Source: Candidatus Bathyarchaeota archaeon
GTDB taxonomy: Archaea > Thermoproteota > Bathyarchaeia > Hecatellales > Hecatellaceae
Length of the DNA: 64,000 bases
Direction of reading: 5' to 3'
NCBI GenBank assembly: GCA_052246995.1
Contig: JBQPWD010000002.1
Coordinates: forward strand, 64,001-128,000
Shown: in pieces, positions 26,285 to 36,133 of the stretch
How the letters are laid out: every line of letters begins with the position of its first letter
How positions within the stretch are numbered: position 1 is the first letter of the stretch
The notes under the pieces: generated by a model
What the model was told of the DNA's origin: nothing
The model's input: only the letters and a program-made list of their open reading frames with translations
Databases searched by the model: none
Made by a program: the position numbers and the translations under genes

Positions 26285-27226
26285 TTGAAAGTTGCCGTGC
26301 TGGCTGGAGGTACAGGGTCAGCAAAGCTTCTTAGAGGCTTAAAAAAGATAGTTCCAGAAAAAGATTTAACAGTTATAGTTAATGTTGGAGACAACTTTAA
26401 AATTCACGGTCTTACAATATGCCCAGACCTAGACACAGTCATGTACATGTTTGCAGGAATATTGGATAAAAGAAGGGGTTGGGGGGTTAAAGGAGACACT
26501 TTCAACTTTCAAAAAATGCTTAAACGCTACAAGCTGGAAACATGGTTTAACATTGGAGACATGGACCTTGCAACTCACATCTACAGAACAAACCTTCTAG
26601 CTAAAGGCTTAACGTTAACAGAAATTACAAAAATTCTTTGTAGAGCTTTAAACGTTAAAGCAAAAATTCTTCCAGCAACAGACGGCTGGGTTGAAACAAA
26701 AATAAAAACTGTAGATGGAAAGGAAATTCACCTGCAGGAATTCTGGGTTAAAAAACGTGGAAAAGTTAAAGTTTTTGATGTTAAGTACAGCGGCATTGAA
26801 AAGGTTAAAGCAAACTTTGAAGCCTTAAACCTTCTTTCAAAATCTGATGGAGTAATAGTTTGCCCAGCAAACCCTATTACAAGCATAAAACCCATCATCC
26901 TCCTACCTGGAATGCTTGAAGAGTTAAAAAAACTTAAAAACAAGGTTTTAGCAGTTTCACCAATAATTGGAAATTCACCTGTAAGTGGACCAGTTGGAAC
27001 CATCATGAAAGGTTTAGGCTTAACCCCTATTTCACCTCTTAAAATCGCAGAACTATACAAAGAGTTTGCTGGAATTTTTGTTGTTGACAACAAGGATGTA
27101 AAAATTAGGAAAAAAATTGAAAAACTTGGTTTAAAATGTTTAACAACAAACATTTTAATGAAAAATTTTAAAGACGAAGTTAGGCTTGCAAGGTTTTGTC
27201 TTAAAGCTTTAAACCTACCTCCCTAA
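26285..27226 (+). CDS. cofD: 2-phospho-L-lactate transferase (F420 biosynthesis)
   Basis: LAGGTGSAK, VNVGD, ICPDLDTVMY, WFNIGDMDLATH, HLQEFWV and PANPITSI. Confidence 0.93.
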   Translation: MKVAVLAGGTGSAKLLRGLKKIVPEKDLTVIVNVGDNFKIHGLTICPDLDTVMYMFAGILDKRRGWGVKGDTFNFQKMLKRYKLETWFNIGDMDLATHIYRTNLLAKGLTLTEITKILCRALNVKAKILPATDGWVETKIKTVDGKEIHLQEFWVKKRGKVKVFDVKYSGIEKVKANFEALNLLSKSDGVIVCPANPITSIKPIILLPGMLEELKKLKNKVLAVSPIIGNSPVSGPVGTIMKGLGLTPISPLKIAELYKEFAGIFVVDNKDVKIRKKIEKLGLKCLTTNILMKNFKDEVRLARFCLKALNLPP

Positions 27227-27869
27227 ACCTTTTACCCAGAAACTTGGTTGTAAAGTTTTCCTTATCAACCAGGGTAAGCATTTTAAGATCCTCAGGCTCG
27301 TCAACATCAAGCATAATTCCCCATGAAACATAAAGCTTAACCTTTACATTTCTTTTAAAAGCTTCAGCAACATGTCTACGAAAGCTGTTATTCTCGTAGA
27401 ATGTTGGAATAACCCCTGGCGGGTTAAGTAGAAGAAGATTGGTGCCGTCAAACCTTGCTGAAGGAGAAATTGTAATACTTGGCTTTTCCAACCCTAAGCT
27501 GATAGCAATGTTAACATCTTCAGCTGTGATAAGCGGTATATCTGATGGTAATATAAGCAAAGCAGCATTTTCCTCATTTTGAATTTGAACATGGTTTAAC
27601 ACATAGTTTACAGCAGAATTTACCCCAGAATCCCTCTCCTCCTGCAAAACTTCCACATCAAAACCTTTAACAAAATCTAAAACTTCCTTATCCGAACTTA
27701 CAACAAAAGTCCTCCAAACGTTCCTGGCTTGTTTAATCGTGTATAACACATCCCGAAGCATTTCAAGTGTTAACCTACGTCTATCCTCCATTGAAAGTAT
27801 TGTTGAAAGCCTACTTTTAACATTTCTAAGATTTTTAACTGGAATAACAGTATAAACCTTCAAACTCAA
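27201..27869 (-). CDS. cofC: 2-phospho-L-lactate guanylyltransferase (F420 biosynthesis)
   Basis: IPVK....KSRLS, MLRDV, SDIP, DGTN and DVDEPEDL. Confidence 0.92.
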   Translation of the reverse strand: MSLKVYTVIPVKNLRNVKSRLSTILSMEDRRRLTLEMLRDVLYTIKQARNVWRTFVVSSDKEVLDFVKGFDVEVLQEERDSGVNSAVNYVLNHVQIQNEENAALLILPSDIPLITAEDVNIAISLGLEKPSITISPSARFDGTNLLLLNPPGVIPTFYENNSFRRHVAEAFKRNVKVKLYVSWGIMLDVDEPEDLKMLTLVDKENFTTKFLGKRFREVGLKL

Positions 27870-27982
27870 CGCTACTTCAACCTAAATCTTTTACATCCCT
27901 AACCCTTAAATCCTACATCAAAAAATATTTTTAATATTAAAGCATTTAATAGGCACTTAATTAACCTTGAGGGTGTAAATCC

Positions 27983-28909
27983 ATGCCTATAAGCGAAACC
28001 AAGTATATATGGTTTAACGGTAAATTTGTTAAATGGAATGAAGCGAAAGTTCATGTTTTAACCCACACACTTCACTATGGCAGCGGCGTTTTTGAAGGTA
28101 TAAGATGCTACAAGACACCTAAAGGTCCAGCAATTTTTAGGTTAAGAGACCATGTAGAAAGGCTTTTTAGGTCTGCCGAGGTTTTCAAGATAAAAATCCC
28201 ATACACGCTGAATGAACTTTCAAAGGCCATTGTTGAAACTGTTAAAGTTAACAACCTGGATGAATGCTACATAAGACCCATAGTTTTCCGAGGTTACGGG
28301 GAAATGGGTCTTAACCCCTTAAACAGCCCAGTTGAGGTTGCAATTGCAACATGGACTTGGGGAGCATACCTTGGAGAGGAAAGCCTTAAAAAAGGTGTCA
28401 GGGTTAAACTTTCACCCTACATCAGAATTCCAAGAAGAGCTTTTCCATCAAACGTTAAGGCTACAGGAGCCTACATAAACTCTATACTTGCTAAGGTTGA
28501 TGCCCTTATGGATGGGTATGATGAAGCCTTGATGTTTGATGAAAACGGGTTTGTTGTCGAAGGTCCAGGTGAAAACTTTTTTATAGTTAAAGATGAAGTT
28601 TTATATACTCCTCCGGATGATTCAGCAATAATCTTAGGCATAACAAGAGATAGTATTATTAAAATCGCAAAAAACATTGGGTACCGAGTTGAAAAGATAA
28701 ACATAGACGAACAGATGCTTTACAACGCAGACGAAGCCTTCTTTACAGGTACAGCAACTGAAGTTGCCCCTATTTGTGAGGTTGACGGTAAAAAAATTGG
28801 TAATGGGAAACCTGGAAAAGTGACACTAAGACTCCAACAGGAATATTTAAAAATTGTTAAAGGTGAAAACCTAGACTATGAGTTTTGGCTAACCTATGTA
28901 AACTACTAA
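27983..28909 (+). CDS. ilvE: Branched-chain amino acid aminotransferase
   Basis: LHYGSGVFEGIR, YIRP, KATGAY, EGPGEN, GITR and FTGTATE. Confidence 0.95.
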   Translation: MPISETKYIWFNGKFVKWNEAKVHVLTHTLHYGSGVFEGIRCYKTPKGPAIFRLRDHVERLFRSAEVFKIKIPYTLNELSKAIVETVKVNNLDECYIRPIVFRGYGEMGLNPLNSPVEVAIATWTWGAYLGEESLKKGVRVKLSPYIRIPRRAFPSNVKATGAYINSILAKVDALMDGYDEALMFDENGFVVEGPGENFFIVKDEVLYTPPDDSAIILGITRDSIIKIAKNIGYRVEKINIDEQMLYNADEAFFTGTATEVAPICEVDGKKIGNGKPGKVTLRLQQEYLKIVKGENLDYEFWLTYVNY

Positions 28910-28983
28910 ACTTTTTTAGCTTGTATTATCAACTGTTTGGAGATATAATTTTTAAGTATCAATTTTTATTCTAATTATATTGG

Positions 28984-30381
28984 GTGGTACGAATGAAATA
29001 CGGTGGCCTCCTATCATATATTGCGGGGGTTATCGTAGCTACACTTTTATCTTTAATGTTTAACCTTCAACCAAGCCAGGTAATATCGGTTGTATGCTTT
29101 ATTGGAATAATTCTTGGTGCAATATTTTTCTGGAGGCTTAGGGTTGCATTTGCACTTGCAGGTATAGCCTTAATGCTTTTTACAGGAGTTTTAGATGTAC
29201 CCCACCTAATAGAGTATGCACACTTTGATGTTATACTTTTCCTTGTAGGCATGATGACTATCATAGGTTTTCTTGAGGAGAAAGGTTTTTTCGAATACCT
29301 ATTAAACCTACTTTTCAAGGTTTTTAGTAGAAGCGGTAAACTGCTTTTCTCAGGACTACTTATACTTTCAGCTTTGTTTGCAGCCTTAGTTGACGAAGTC
29401 ACATCAATACTGTTTATTACAGCCTTAACTTTGAGAATAACCAAAAAATACAACCTTGACATTTTACCCATGGTTATAGCAACGGTTATGGCTACAAACG
29501 TTGGAAGCAGCTACACAGTTATAGGTAACCCAATAGGTGTTCTTATAGCGTTTGAAGGAAAACTTACATTTTTAGACTTTATTCGATGGGCAACACCAAT
29601 AGGAATTGTGGTTTTAATTTTAACAATCTTCCTGGCGCTTGTTTATTGGAAGCCTTACGTTAAAGCCTTGAATGATGGAATGAAAACATTAGGTGTGGAG
29701 ATGGAGTCATCAACAAATGGTGGTGGAAAAGTTACTCATAAAACCATGCTTATACCGTGGATTGTTTTTCTTTTAACCATTGGGGGGCTTGCAGTTCACC
29801 ATCCCATTGAAGAGCTTTTACATTTACCTAAAAATAGCTTACTACTTGCAGTCCCAGTTGTTATGGCTGGAGTAGCCCTATTTTTAAGCAGGGAAAAAGC
29901 AAGAGAGATAATTGAGCGCAGGGTTGAATGGTGGTCTCTTGTTTTCTTCATTTTTTTCTTTGCTTGTGTTGGAACATTAGCCTACACCGGGGTAAACAGG
30001 CTTATGGCTGAAGGTATTGTTTCTGCAGCTGGAGCCAATCCCATGCTTATGACAACAGCAATAACATGGACCGCCGGCATTTTAAGCGCATTCATGGATA
30101 ACATTCTTGCAGTTGCCACGTTAATATCCATTGTACATGGGCTTGAAGCCTACGGCTATCACCTATTTCCAGTGTGGTGGGGTCTCCTGTTCGGTGCATG
30201 TTACCTTGGAAACTTAACAATGATTGGAAGCACAGCAAACATTGTAGCATTAGGGATTATCGAAAAGGAGAGGAGAAGGTACATAAACTTTATAGACTGG
30301 CTTAAACCTGGACTTGCAATAGCCATACCTCAGCTTGCTCTTGCAACACTACTACTGCTAACTCAACATTACATGGTTTAA
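28984..30381 (+). CDS. ArsB/NhaD/SLC13 (CitMHS-like) ion transporter
   Basis: ~12 TM; ATNVGS..T.IGNP; SAFMDNI; GNLTMIGSTANI. Confidence 0.87.
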   Translation: MVRMKYGGLLSYIAGVIVATLLSLMFNLQPSQVISVVCFIGIILGAIFFWRLRVAFALAGIALMLFTGVLDVPHLIEYAHFDVILFLVGMMTIIGFLEEKGFFEYLLNLLFKVFSRSGKLLFSGLLILSALFAALVDEVTSILFITALTLRITKKYNLDILPMVIATVMATNVGSSYTVIGNPIGVLIAFEGKLTFLDFIRWATPIGIVVLILTIFLALVYWKPYVKALNDGMKTLGVEMESSTNGGGKVTHKTMLIPWIVFLLTIGGLAVHHPIEELLHLPKNSLLLAVPVVMAGVALFLSREKAREIIERRVEWWSLVFFIFFFACVGTLAYTGVNRLMAEGIVSAAGANPMLMTTAITWTAGILSAFMDNILAVATLISIVHGLEAYGYHLFPVWWGLLFGACYLGNLTMIGSTANIVALGIIEKERRRYINFIDWLKPGLAIAIPQLALATLLLLTQHYMV

Positions 30382-30389
30382 AAAACATT

Positions 30390-33056
30390 TTACTGGAAAA
30401 ATTCCAGTTTAGCCTCCCTAGGCATTCCTGTAATCTCATTAAAGCTTAAACCTAACGCATCTAAAACCTGTTCAAACGTTGTTTGAATATGTTCAACATA
30501 CTTTTCCACGTCCACCTCATCCATTCTTGCATGGGTTATAAGTTTAACACCAGGTTCTCTTCTAACTTTAACATACCTAATAACCGACCCAGCGCCAACA
30601 TCAACTTTTTCCTTTTTAGGTAAGAGTTTTAACGCTTTAACATGTTGAGGTGTAGTTTTATCGTAATCTTCAACATCTTTACCTAAAACAACTGTAAAAG
30701 CCAACTCTTCAAGACTGTACTGTCTATTTTTAAGCCTCACATAGCAATCTTTTACAATACTTTTTATTTTTTCTCTTGCTTTATCAAAATCATCCTCACT
30801 TTTAACCTCTCCAAGAATTTTAATCATTTCAACAAAAGTCTTCTTAAGAAACTCAGGAGTATTTCTTTTCTTACCAGTTAAACCTTTAATTTCAACATTA
30901 CCGTCATGGTAAACTCCAATATAGTTCTTTTTTCTTGTTGAAAAAACAGAATACCTATACTGTTTATCAACATCAAGCTCCATTCCAAGAACATTTTTAG
31001 ACCACTCTATAAGAGCTTCAACCTGCTCTTCAGAGGGATTTTTAAGAAACATTGAGTCAGTATCTCCGTAAATTACTTCTATCCCCAACTCCTCCGCCTT
31101 CTTGATTGTTGTTTTTATAGCATATCTTCCAATGCTTGCTGTTGCCTCAGCCACAAGTGGACAGTAAAGAGCAAAATGCTCTGCACCAAAAACACCATAA
31201 GATGCGTTCAGTATTACTTTAAGAGTTCTCTGAACAACAGAATACCACACCCTAACCTCTTCAGGTAACGTTTTATCTTTAGCCTTAGCCTTATACCACT
31301 TTACCCTTAAATCTCTTAATGAACCTATAACTAGACTTGTTAACCCCTGCCTTCTTTTACAAACCCAGTAATTTGTTTCAGGTATAAGGTTGACTTTGCA
31401 TTCTTCATGAGAACATTTAACAGTTTCATAGGAAAGGTTCCACTTTTTAATTATGCTTGGATAGAGGCTGTTAAAGTCTAAAACTACTACACTAAAGTTT
31501 ACTCCAGGTTTAGGTTCAATAACAATAGCCCCTCTATACTTTTTACCCTTAATGATTGAGTGGGTTGATGTTGAACCTTTTACAGCTAAAATTTCCTCAG
31601 ATGATGGTATAAGGTAGTTGTTTCTTCTATGTTCCCAGTACATTAAACTTTTAATCCAGTTTGAAACACTCTGCCTTGAAACATCCTCTAAAATCATTCT
31701 TGTAATTCTTGCTAAAGCTATAATAAGCTTTAGTACAAGGTTTCCATCAAAACTTGCAAGCTTAAAAGTTAACTCTGAATCTCTTAAACAATATGTTGCA
31801 AGCTGCTTATAATCTAACTCTGAAACGTTTTTACTTAACTCAACCTTACCTAAACCAAGAAAAACTAGTGAAATGTCGTGAAGGTTAACCTCCCTATACT
31901 TCTGGTCAAAAGCATAAACCTGAATAGCTTTGTTAAAAAAGAACCTGTAAAGGTCTATGTGAACACTATAGGGAAGGTATGCATATTCTCTAGTTAACTG
32001 AATGGGAACAACTTCTCTTTGAAAACCAAGCTTTTGAGCTCTATGGTAAAGATACTTTAAATCAAATTCATCACCGTTAAATGTTACAATAATGGGGTAT
32101 TCAACAAGAAATCTAAAAATTCTGCAAAGAAGCTGAGTTTCATCGTCGTAAAATTCAACTTTAGCATCATTTAACCTGTCAAATTCTTCATCTTTAACTT
32201 CACTCCTTCTAAGAAGTAAAACGTGTTTAACCCCGTCTGAATCTACAATAGAAGCACAAATAACTCTATGTAAAGCCTCTTTAGGGTCTGGAACCCTATC
32301 TAAGCCTGGAGATTCAACCTCAATATCTAAAGCTGCAAATTTTAAATCTGGTAATGGTGTTTCAAGAAGCTTAGACCAGCTTCTTAAATACTGGAAAAAC
32401 TCTTTAGGTTCATCTGTAAAAAGTTTTTCAACCTCAAAACTAGTGTTTGTAAGCCTGTTTTTAACAGGTATTCCATCTTCAATGTTGTATGGTAACCCTA
32501 AATCTAAACCCAAATCATAAATGTAACATTCATAGTACTTTATGTCAGCTTCCCAAACTTTTACGTCATGTCTAATCTTTGGTAGAACATCTCTAACTGA
32601 ACCTGAAGGTTTCCCTCCTATGGTTAAAGGATCTTGAGCTACAATCTTTGTAACCTTTAATGGTTTATCCATCAGTAAACTAAACTTTTCAACAACCTCA
32701 AAATGGTCTAAACCTTTAACCTCCTTAAGTTCAGGAATGTTTTCAAGCTCCTCAGGTGTAATATTCGTTAGGCAATATGGTTTATGTCCAGTGGTATCAC
32801 ACCAAAAATAAATTTTCTTATCTTCCGGATTGTAAAACTTTAAAACTACACAACGTTTATCTCCATCATAGCTGGCTGAAAAAAGATACACATTTTTAAG
32901 GTTTTTAGAATTTACACATCTTTCAACAGTTAAACCTTTAAAATAGCTTACCCACTCATCAACAACATTTTTTTGAACATCTTCACTCTTAGAAGAAGGC
33001 TTCTCCTTAACCTCTCCAGCCCTTTCTCCAAAAAAATCCTCTAAGCGGCTTTTCAT
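30390..33056 (-). CDS. polB1: Family B DNA polymerase B1
   Basis: Exo DIEV, FNGDEFD; polymerase DFNSLYPS, K...NASYG, YGDTDS, KKNY; N-terminal D.TGHKPYC typical of PolB1; no intein. Confidence 0.93.
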   Translation of the reverse strand: MKSRLEDFFGERAGEVKEKPSSKSEDVQKNVVDEWVSYFKGLTVERCVNSKNLKNVYLFSASYDGDKRCVVLKFYNPEDKKIYFWCDTTGHKPYCLTNITPEELENIPELKEVKGLDHFEVVEKFSLLMDKPLKVTKIVAQDPLTIGGKPSGSVRDVLPKIRHDVKVWEADIKYYECYIYDLGLDLGLPYNIEDGIPVKNRLTNTSFEVEKLFTDEPKEFFQYLRSWSKLLETPLPDLKFAALDIEVESPGLDRVPDPKEALHRVICASIVDSDGVKHVLLLRRSEVKDEEFDRLNDAKVEFYDDETQLLCRIFRFLVEYPIIVTFNGDEFDLKYLYHRAQKLGFQREVVPIQLTREYAYLPYSVHIDLYRFFFNKAIQVYAFDQKYREVNLHDISLVFLGLGKVELSKNVSELDYKQLATYCLRDSELTFKLASFDGNLVLKLIIALARITRMILEDVSRQSVSNWIKSLMYWEHRRNNYLIPSSEEILAVKGSTSTHSIIKGKKYRGAIVIEPKPGVNFSVVVLDFNSLYPSIIKKWNLSYETVKCSHEECKVNLIPETNYWVCKRRQGLTSLVIGSLRDLRVKWYKAKAKDKTLPEEVRVWYSVVQRTLKVILNASYGVFGAEHFALYCPLVAEATASIGRYAIKTTIKKAEELGIEVIYGDTDSMFLKNPSEEQVEALIEWSKNVLGMELDVDKQYRYSVFSTRKKNYIGVYHDGNVEIKGLTGKKRNTPEFLKKTFVEMIKILGEVKSEDDFDKAREKIKSIVKDCYVRLKNRQYSLEELAFTVVLGKDVEDYDKTTPQHVKALKLLPKKEKVDVGAGSVIRYVKVRREPGVKLITHARMDEVDVEKYVEHIQTTFEQVLDALGLSFNEITGMPREAKLEFFQ

Positions 33057-33094
33057 TTCTTGTCCTTAAAATGAACTAGGATACTTCAACCCTA

Positions 33095-33985
33095 TTAGCC
33101 TTTTCTGGATAAACATAAAATTTCAAAAACAGCTTTTGCAGCTTGAATGGCAGTAACTCCAAAATCAAAGTCAGGTGCAACTTCAACAACATCAAAACCT
33201 AAAAATTTAACCCCACTAAAACCGCCTAATATATTGAAAAGTGTGGAAAAGTTTAAACCATCAGGCTCAGGGTTGGAAACTGCAGGTGCATATGCGGGGT
33301 CCAGAACATCCATGTCAAGGCTAATGTAAACCTTATCATTTTCTTCAGCAAACTCTCTCAAAATTTTTGATGTGTTGTCTATGCCTAAACTTTTAATCTG
33401 TAAAGCTGTCAAGTATTTAATCTTATTTTTCTCAGCAAACTCAACCTCCTCCTTACATGCCGCTCTAACTCCAACCAAAAATACCCGTTTACCGCCAATT
33501 TTTTCGGTAATTCTACGCATAAATGTTGTATGGGAAAGTCTTCTGTTAAGATATTTGTCTCTTAAATCAAGGTGTGCATCAAAACAGATAAGGTTAAAAT
33601 TTTCCCTTTTTAAAGCGTTAACAACACCATAGGTTAGTGTATGCTCCCCGCCTAAAGTTACAGGCACCTTTCCAGTTCTACTTATAATTGAAATAGCTTT
33701 CTCAAGAAGTGTTAAAGCCTCCTCGATACTTTTACATGGTTTAATGTTTCCAATATCATAAATTTTTAAGTCTTCAACGTTAAAGTTAAACCTAAAACTG
33801 TATGTTTCAATGTTTAATGATGCATCCCTAACTTTATCAGGAGCCTTAGAACATCCAAACCTATATGTACATGTAAAGTCAAAAGGAAAACCTAAAATAA
33901 CATAACTTGCATCGTCAAAGCTGGATAAAAACCCAAGAAACTCGTTTTTAGGCTTAGTAAAAAAATCTTTAATTTTATTTTCCAA
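33095..33985 (-). CDS. speB: Agmatinase (ureohydrolase family)
   Basis: GGEHTLT, DAHLDLRD, SLDMDVLDP and DVVE. Confidence 0.9.
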   Translation of the reverse strand: MENKIKDFFTKPKNEFLGFLSSFDDASYVILGFPFDFTCTYRFGCSKAPDKVRDASLNIETYSFRFNFNVEDLKIYDIGNIKPCKSIEEALTLLEKAISIISRTGKVPVTLGGEHTLTYGVVNALKRENFNLICFDAHLDLRDKYLNRRLSHTTFMRRITEKIGGKRVFLVGVRAACKEEVEFAEKNKIKYLTALQIKSLGIDNTSKILREFAEENDKVYISLDMDVLDPAYAPAVSNPEPDGLNFSTLFNILGGFSGVKFLGFDVVEVAPDFDFGVTAIQAAKAVFEILCLSRKG

Positions 33986-34949
33986 AAATCCTCTCCATTA
34001 CAGCTGCAACAATAATTGGTAGGCAGATTGTTGCATCACCTATAACTTGAACCTTTAAAGCTTTACCCTCAACCTTACCCCATGAAACAGCCTCTTCAAG
34101 AGTTGCTCCTGAAAGTCCTCCTGGTTCCGGCCTGTCAGTTGTAATTTGGACTACATATTTATATGGTTTGTTAACTTTAAATGCCGCCTGAAAAATAAAG
34201 TTTTTAGGTACTCCTCCACCAATAAGCAAAGCACCATTTTCTGAATCATTCTTTTCTATAATTTCAAGAAACTCTAAAACGTCTTTAAACGCATCAACTA
34301 TAATTCCCCTCTCTCCATAATGCTTTACATACTCATATTCGGCTAACCCGTAACATGAGTCGTGAAGTGTTGGAACAAAAATGGGCACATTACACTTGTA
34401 TGCGTTATAGATTATTGAATTTTCATCTACAATTCTTTTACCTACTTCCCTCATCAACTCGCATGTGGAGTACGCCTTGTTTTTTGCGTACTTGGCAATA
34501 TCCCTAAAAATTTCAATCAAAGGTTTGTCAAATTTTTCTTTAAAGTCAGCTTCAGGAATAAAAACATCGTAAACCCTGTCAACTCCATGTTTGTAAAGCA
34601 TTTCATCGTCAACATGGGTTGTACCTTTATAATGACGCCCTCCAAAAACTTCAAGTAGATCATGAACCATGTTTGCACCTGTACTAACAATAACATCCAC
34701 CATTTTACGCTTAACCATTTCAGTAATAACGTTTCTCATACCTCCTGGAACCATTGCTCCAGCAAGGCCTAAAACTATCAAACATTTTTCTTTAAGCATA
34801 GATTCGTAGATATCTACTGCCTGAGCTAAACGTCCAGCACCAAAACATCCCGAACCAGCCATTTCACGAATAAGCTCATCAACATACATTTTTGGTTTAA
34901 GTTTTACATGATGAACAACATCCTTAAAAAACTCTTTGTCAAATTTCAA
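33975..34949 (-). CDS. dhs: Deoxyhypusine synthase
   Basis: STGAN..HD, GGGVPKNF, GGLSGATLEEAVSWGK and DATI.LP. Confidence 0.92.
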   Translation of the reverse strand: MKFDKEFFKDVVHHVKLKPKMYVDELIREMAGSGCFGAGRLAQAVDIYESMLKEKCLIVLGLAGAMVPGGMRNVITEMVKRKMVDVIVSTGANMVHDLLEVFGGRHYKGTTHVDDEMLYKHGVDRVYDVFIPEADFKEKFDKPLIEIFRDIAKYAKNKAYSTCELMREVGKRIVDENSIIYNAYKCNVPIFVPTLHDSCYGLAEYEYVKHYGERGIIVDAFKDVLEFLEIIEKNDSENGALLIGGGVPKNFIFQAAFKVNKPYKYVVQITTDRPEPGGLSGATLEEAVSWGKVEGKALKVQVIGDATICLPIIVAAVMERIFGK

Positions 34950-35138
34950 TACATCTTCCCCCTTTAGCAGATAGCAACGTCTCCTTTTAAGTAAATAGTT
35001 ACTTTAATAAATGTTTAAGCCTTTTAGTTTTTGATAAAGTAAGATGATCTTCCTTTTTAGCATCAACCTCAGCCTACATAGACATTATACTGCAAATCTA
35101 AACCTTATTAAAGTCCTGAAAAGTTAACAGAACTGGTT

Positions 35139-35960
35139 TTATCCTATTCCGTAGTTTTTAAGTATGCTTTTAATCTTTACAGCGTCTTCTTCAAGAACAG
35201 GGCTTTCACAGATAATGGTGCCTTCAACATTAAAATCTTTTAAAGTTTCTGCCAGAAACCTGAAGTTTATATCTCCCTTTTCAAAAATTAGATGCCTTTT
35301 TTCTCCCGAAGTGGAATACTCAACTTGGGTAAAATGTTGATGAAGATTTTTAAGAGAGTTGCTACCAAGTTTTTTTTCAATTTTTTCTAAAATTTTTACA
35401 AAATCATCCTTACTTTTCAAGCAGCCGTTACATCTAGCATGAACATGAGCCCAATCTAAAACTATTCTTTGACCTGTTTCATACACGATGTCTAAAACAT
35501 CATCAAGAGGTCCAACCTGTGAATGCCGTCCCATTGTTTCAATTCCTATTGGTATGGGACACTGGTTTACTATGCTGTTTATCCCATCTACAATCATCTT
35601 TTTAGCCTCCTCTTTTGAATGCTTACCGTAGTAGGCTGGATGAACAACTGCAAGCTCAGCCTTATAATAGCTTCCAACTTTACATGTTTCAACAATTCTT
35701 TGTTGAGAGTTTTTTACAGTTTGTTTATCTCCACAAAGGTTGATAAAGTATGGAGCATGACATGAAAGCTTAACATTGTACTTTTTAGAATACTCGTAAA
35801 GCTTCATAGCCACATTTACACCCATTTTAACTCCCCGAACATATTGAACCTCAAGAGCATCCAAACCAACCTCCATACAATATTTTAAAGCCTCATCGTA
35901 GCCTCGACCCTTCACAGCTAAAGGTATACCTGCAGGTCCAACATTAATCATACTGTCCAC
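35139..35960 (-). CDS. nfo: Endonuclease IV (AP endonuclease 2, TIM barrel)
   Basis: GPAG, HAPYFINL, ETMG, DWAH.HAR, GEKRH and ICESP..E.DA. Confidence 0.88.
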   Translation of the reverse strand: MDSMINVGPAGIPLAVKGRGYDEALKYCMEVGLDALEVQYVRGVKMGVNVAMKLYEYSKKYNVKLSCHAPYFINLCGDKQTVKNSQQRIVETCKVGSYYKAELAVVHPAYYGKHSKEEAKKMIVDGINSIVNQCPIPIGIETMGRHSQVGPLDDVLDIVYETGQRIVLDWAHVHARCNGCLKSKDDFVKILEKIEKKLGSNSLKNLHQHFTQVEYSTSGEKRHLIFEKGDINFRFLAETLKDFNVEGTIICESPVLEEDAVKIKSILKNYGIG

Positions 35961-36068
35961 CTTAACTATACCGTTTCAACAAGCCTACATTGATAGCTTA
36001 AACAGCTTAAAATATTAAGATTTAGTCAAAATCAATATCCTTTATCTTGCTACTAACTTAAGGAGAAC

Positions 36069-36092
36069 TTGTAAATTTGTAAATTTGTAAAC
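36069..36092. repeat. TTGTAAAT x3 octamer tandem repeat (intergenic)
   Basis: ttgtaaat ttgtaaat ttgtaaac. Confidence 0.75.
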
Positions 36093-36133
36093 GTTTTTTG
36101 GCAGTTAGCCTACATTTAGCGGGCTTTTTATTT

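Noticed and set aside
30390-33056. Intein or inactivated polymerase
   Set aside because: Length and all exonuclease/polymerase motifs are typical of intact PolB1
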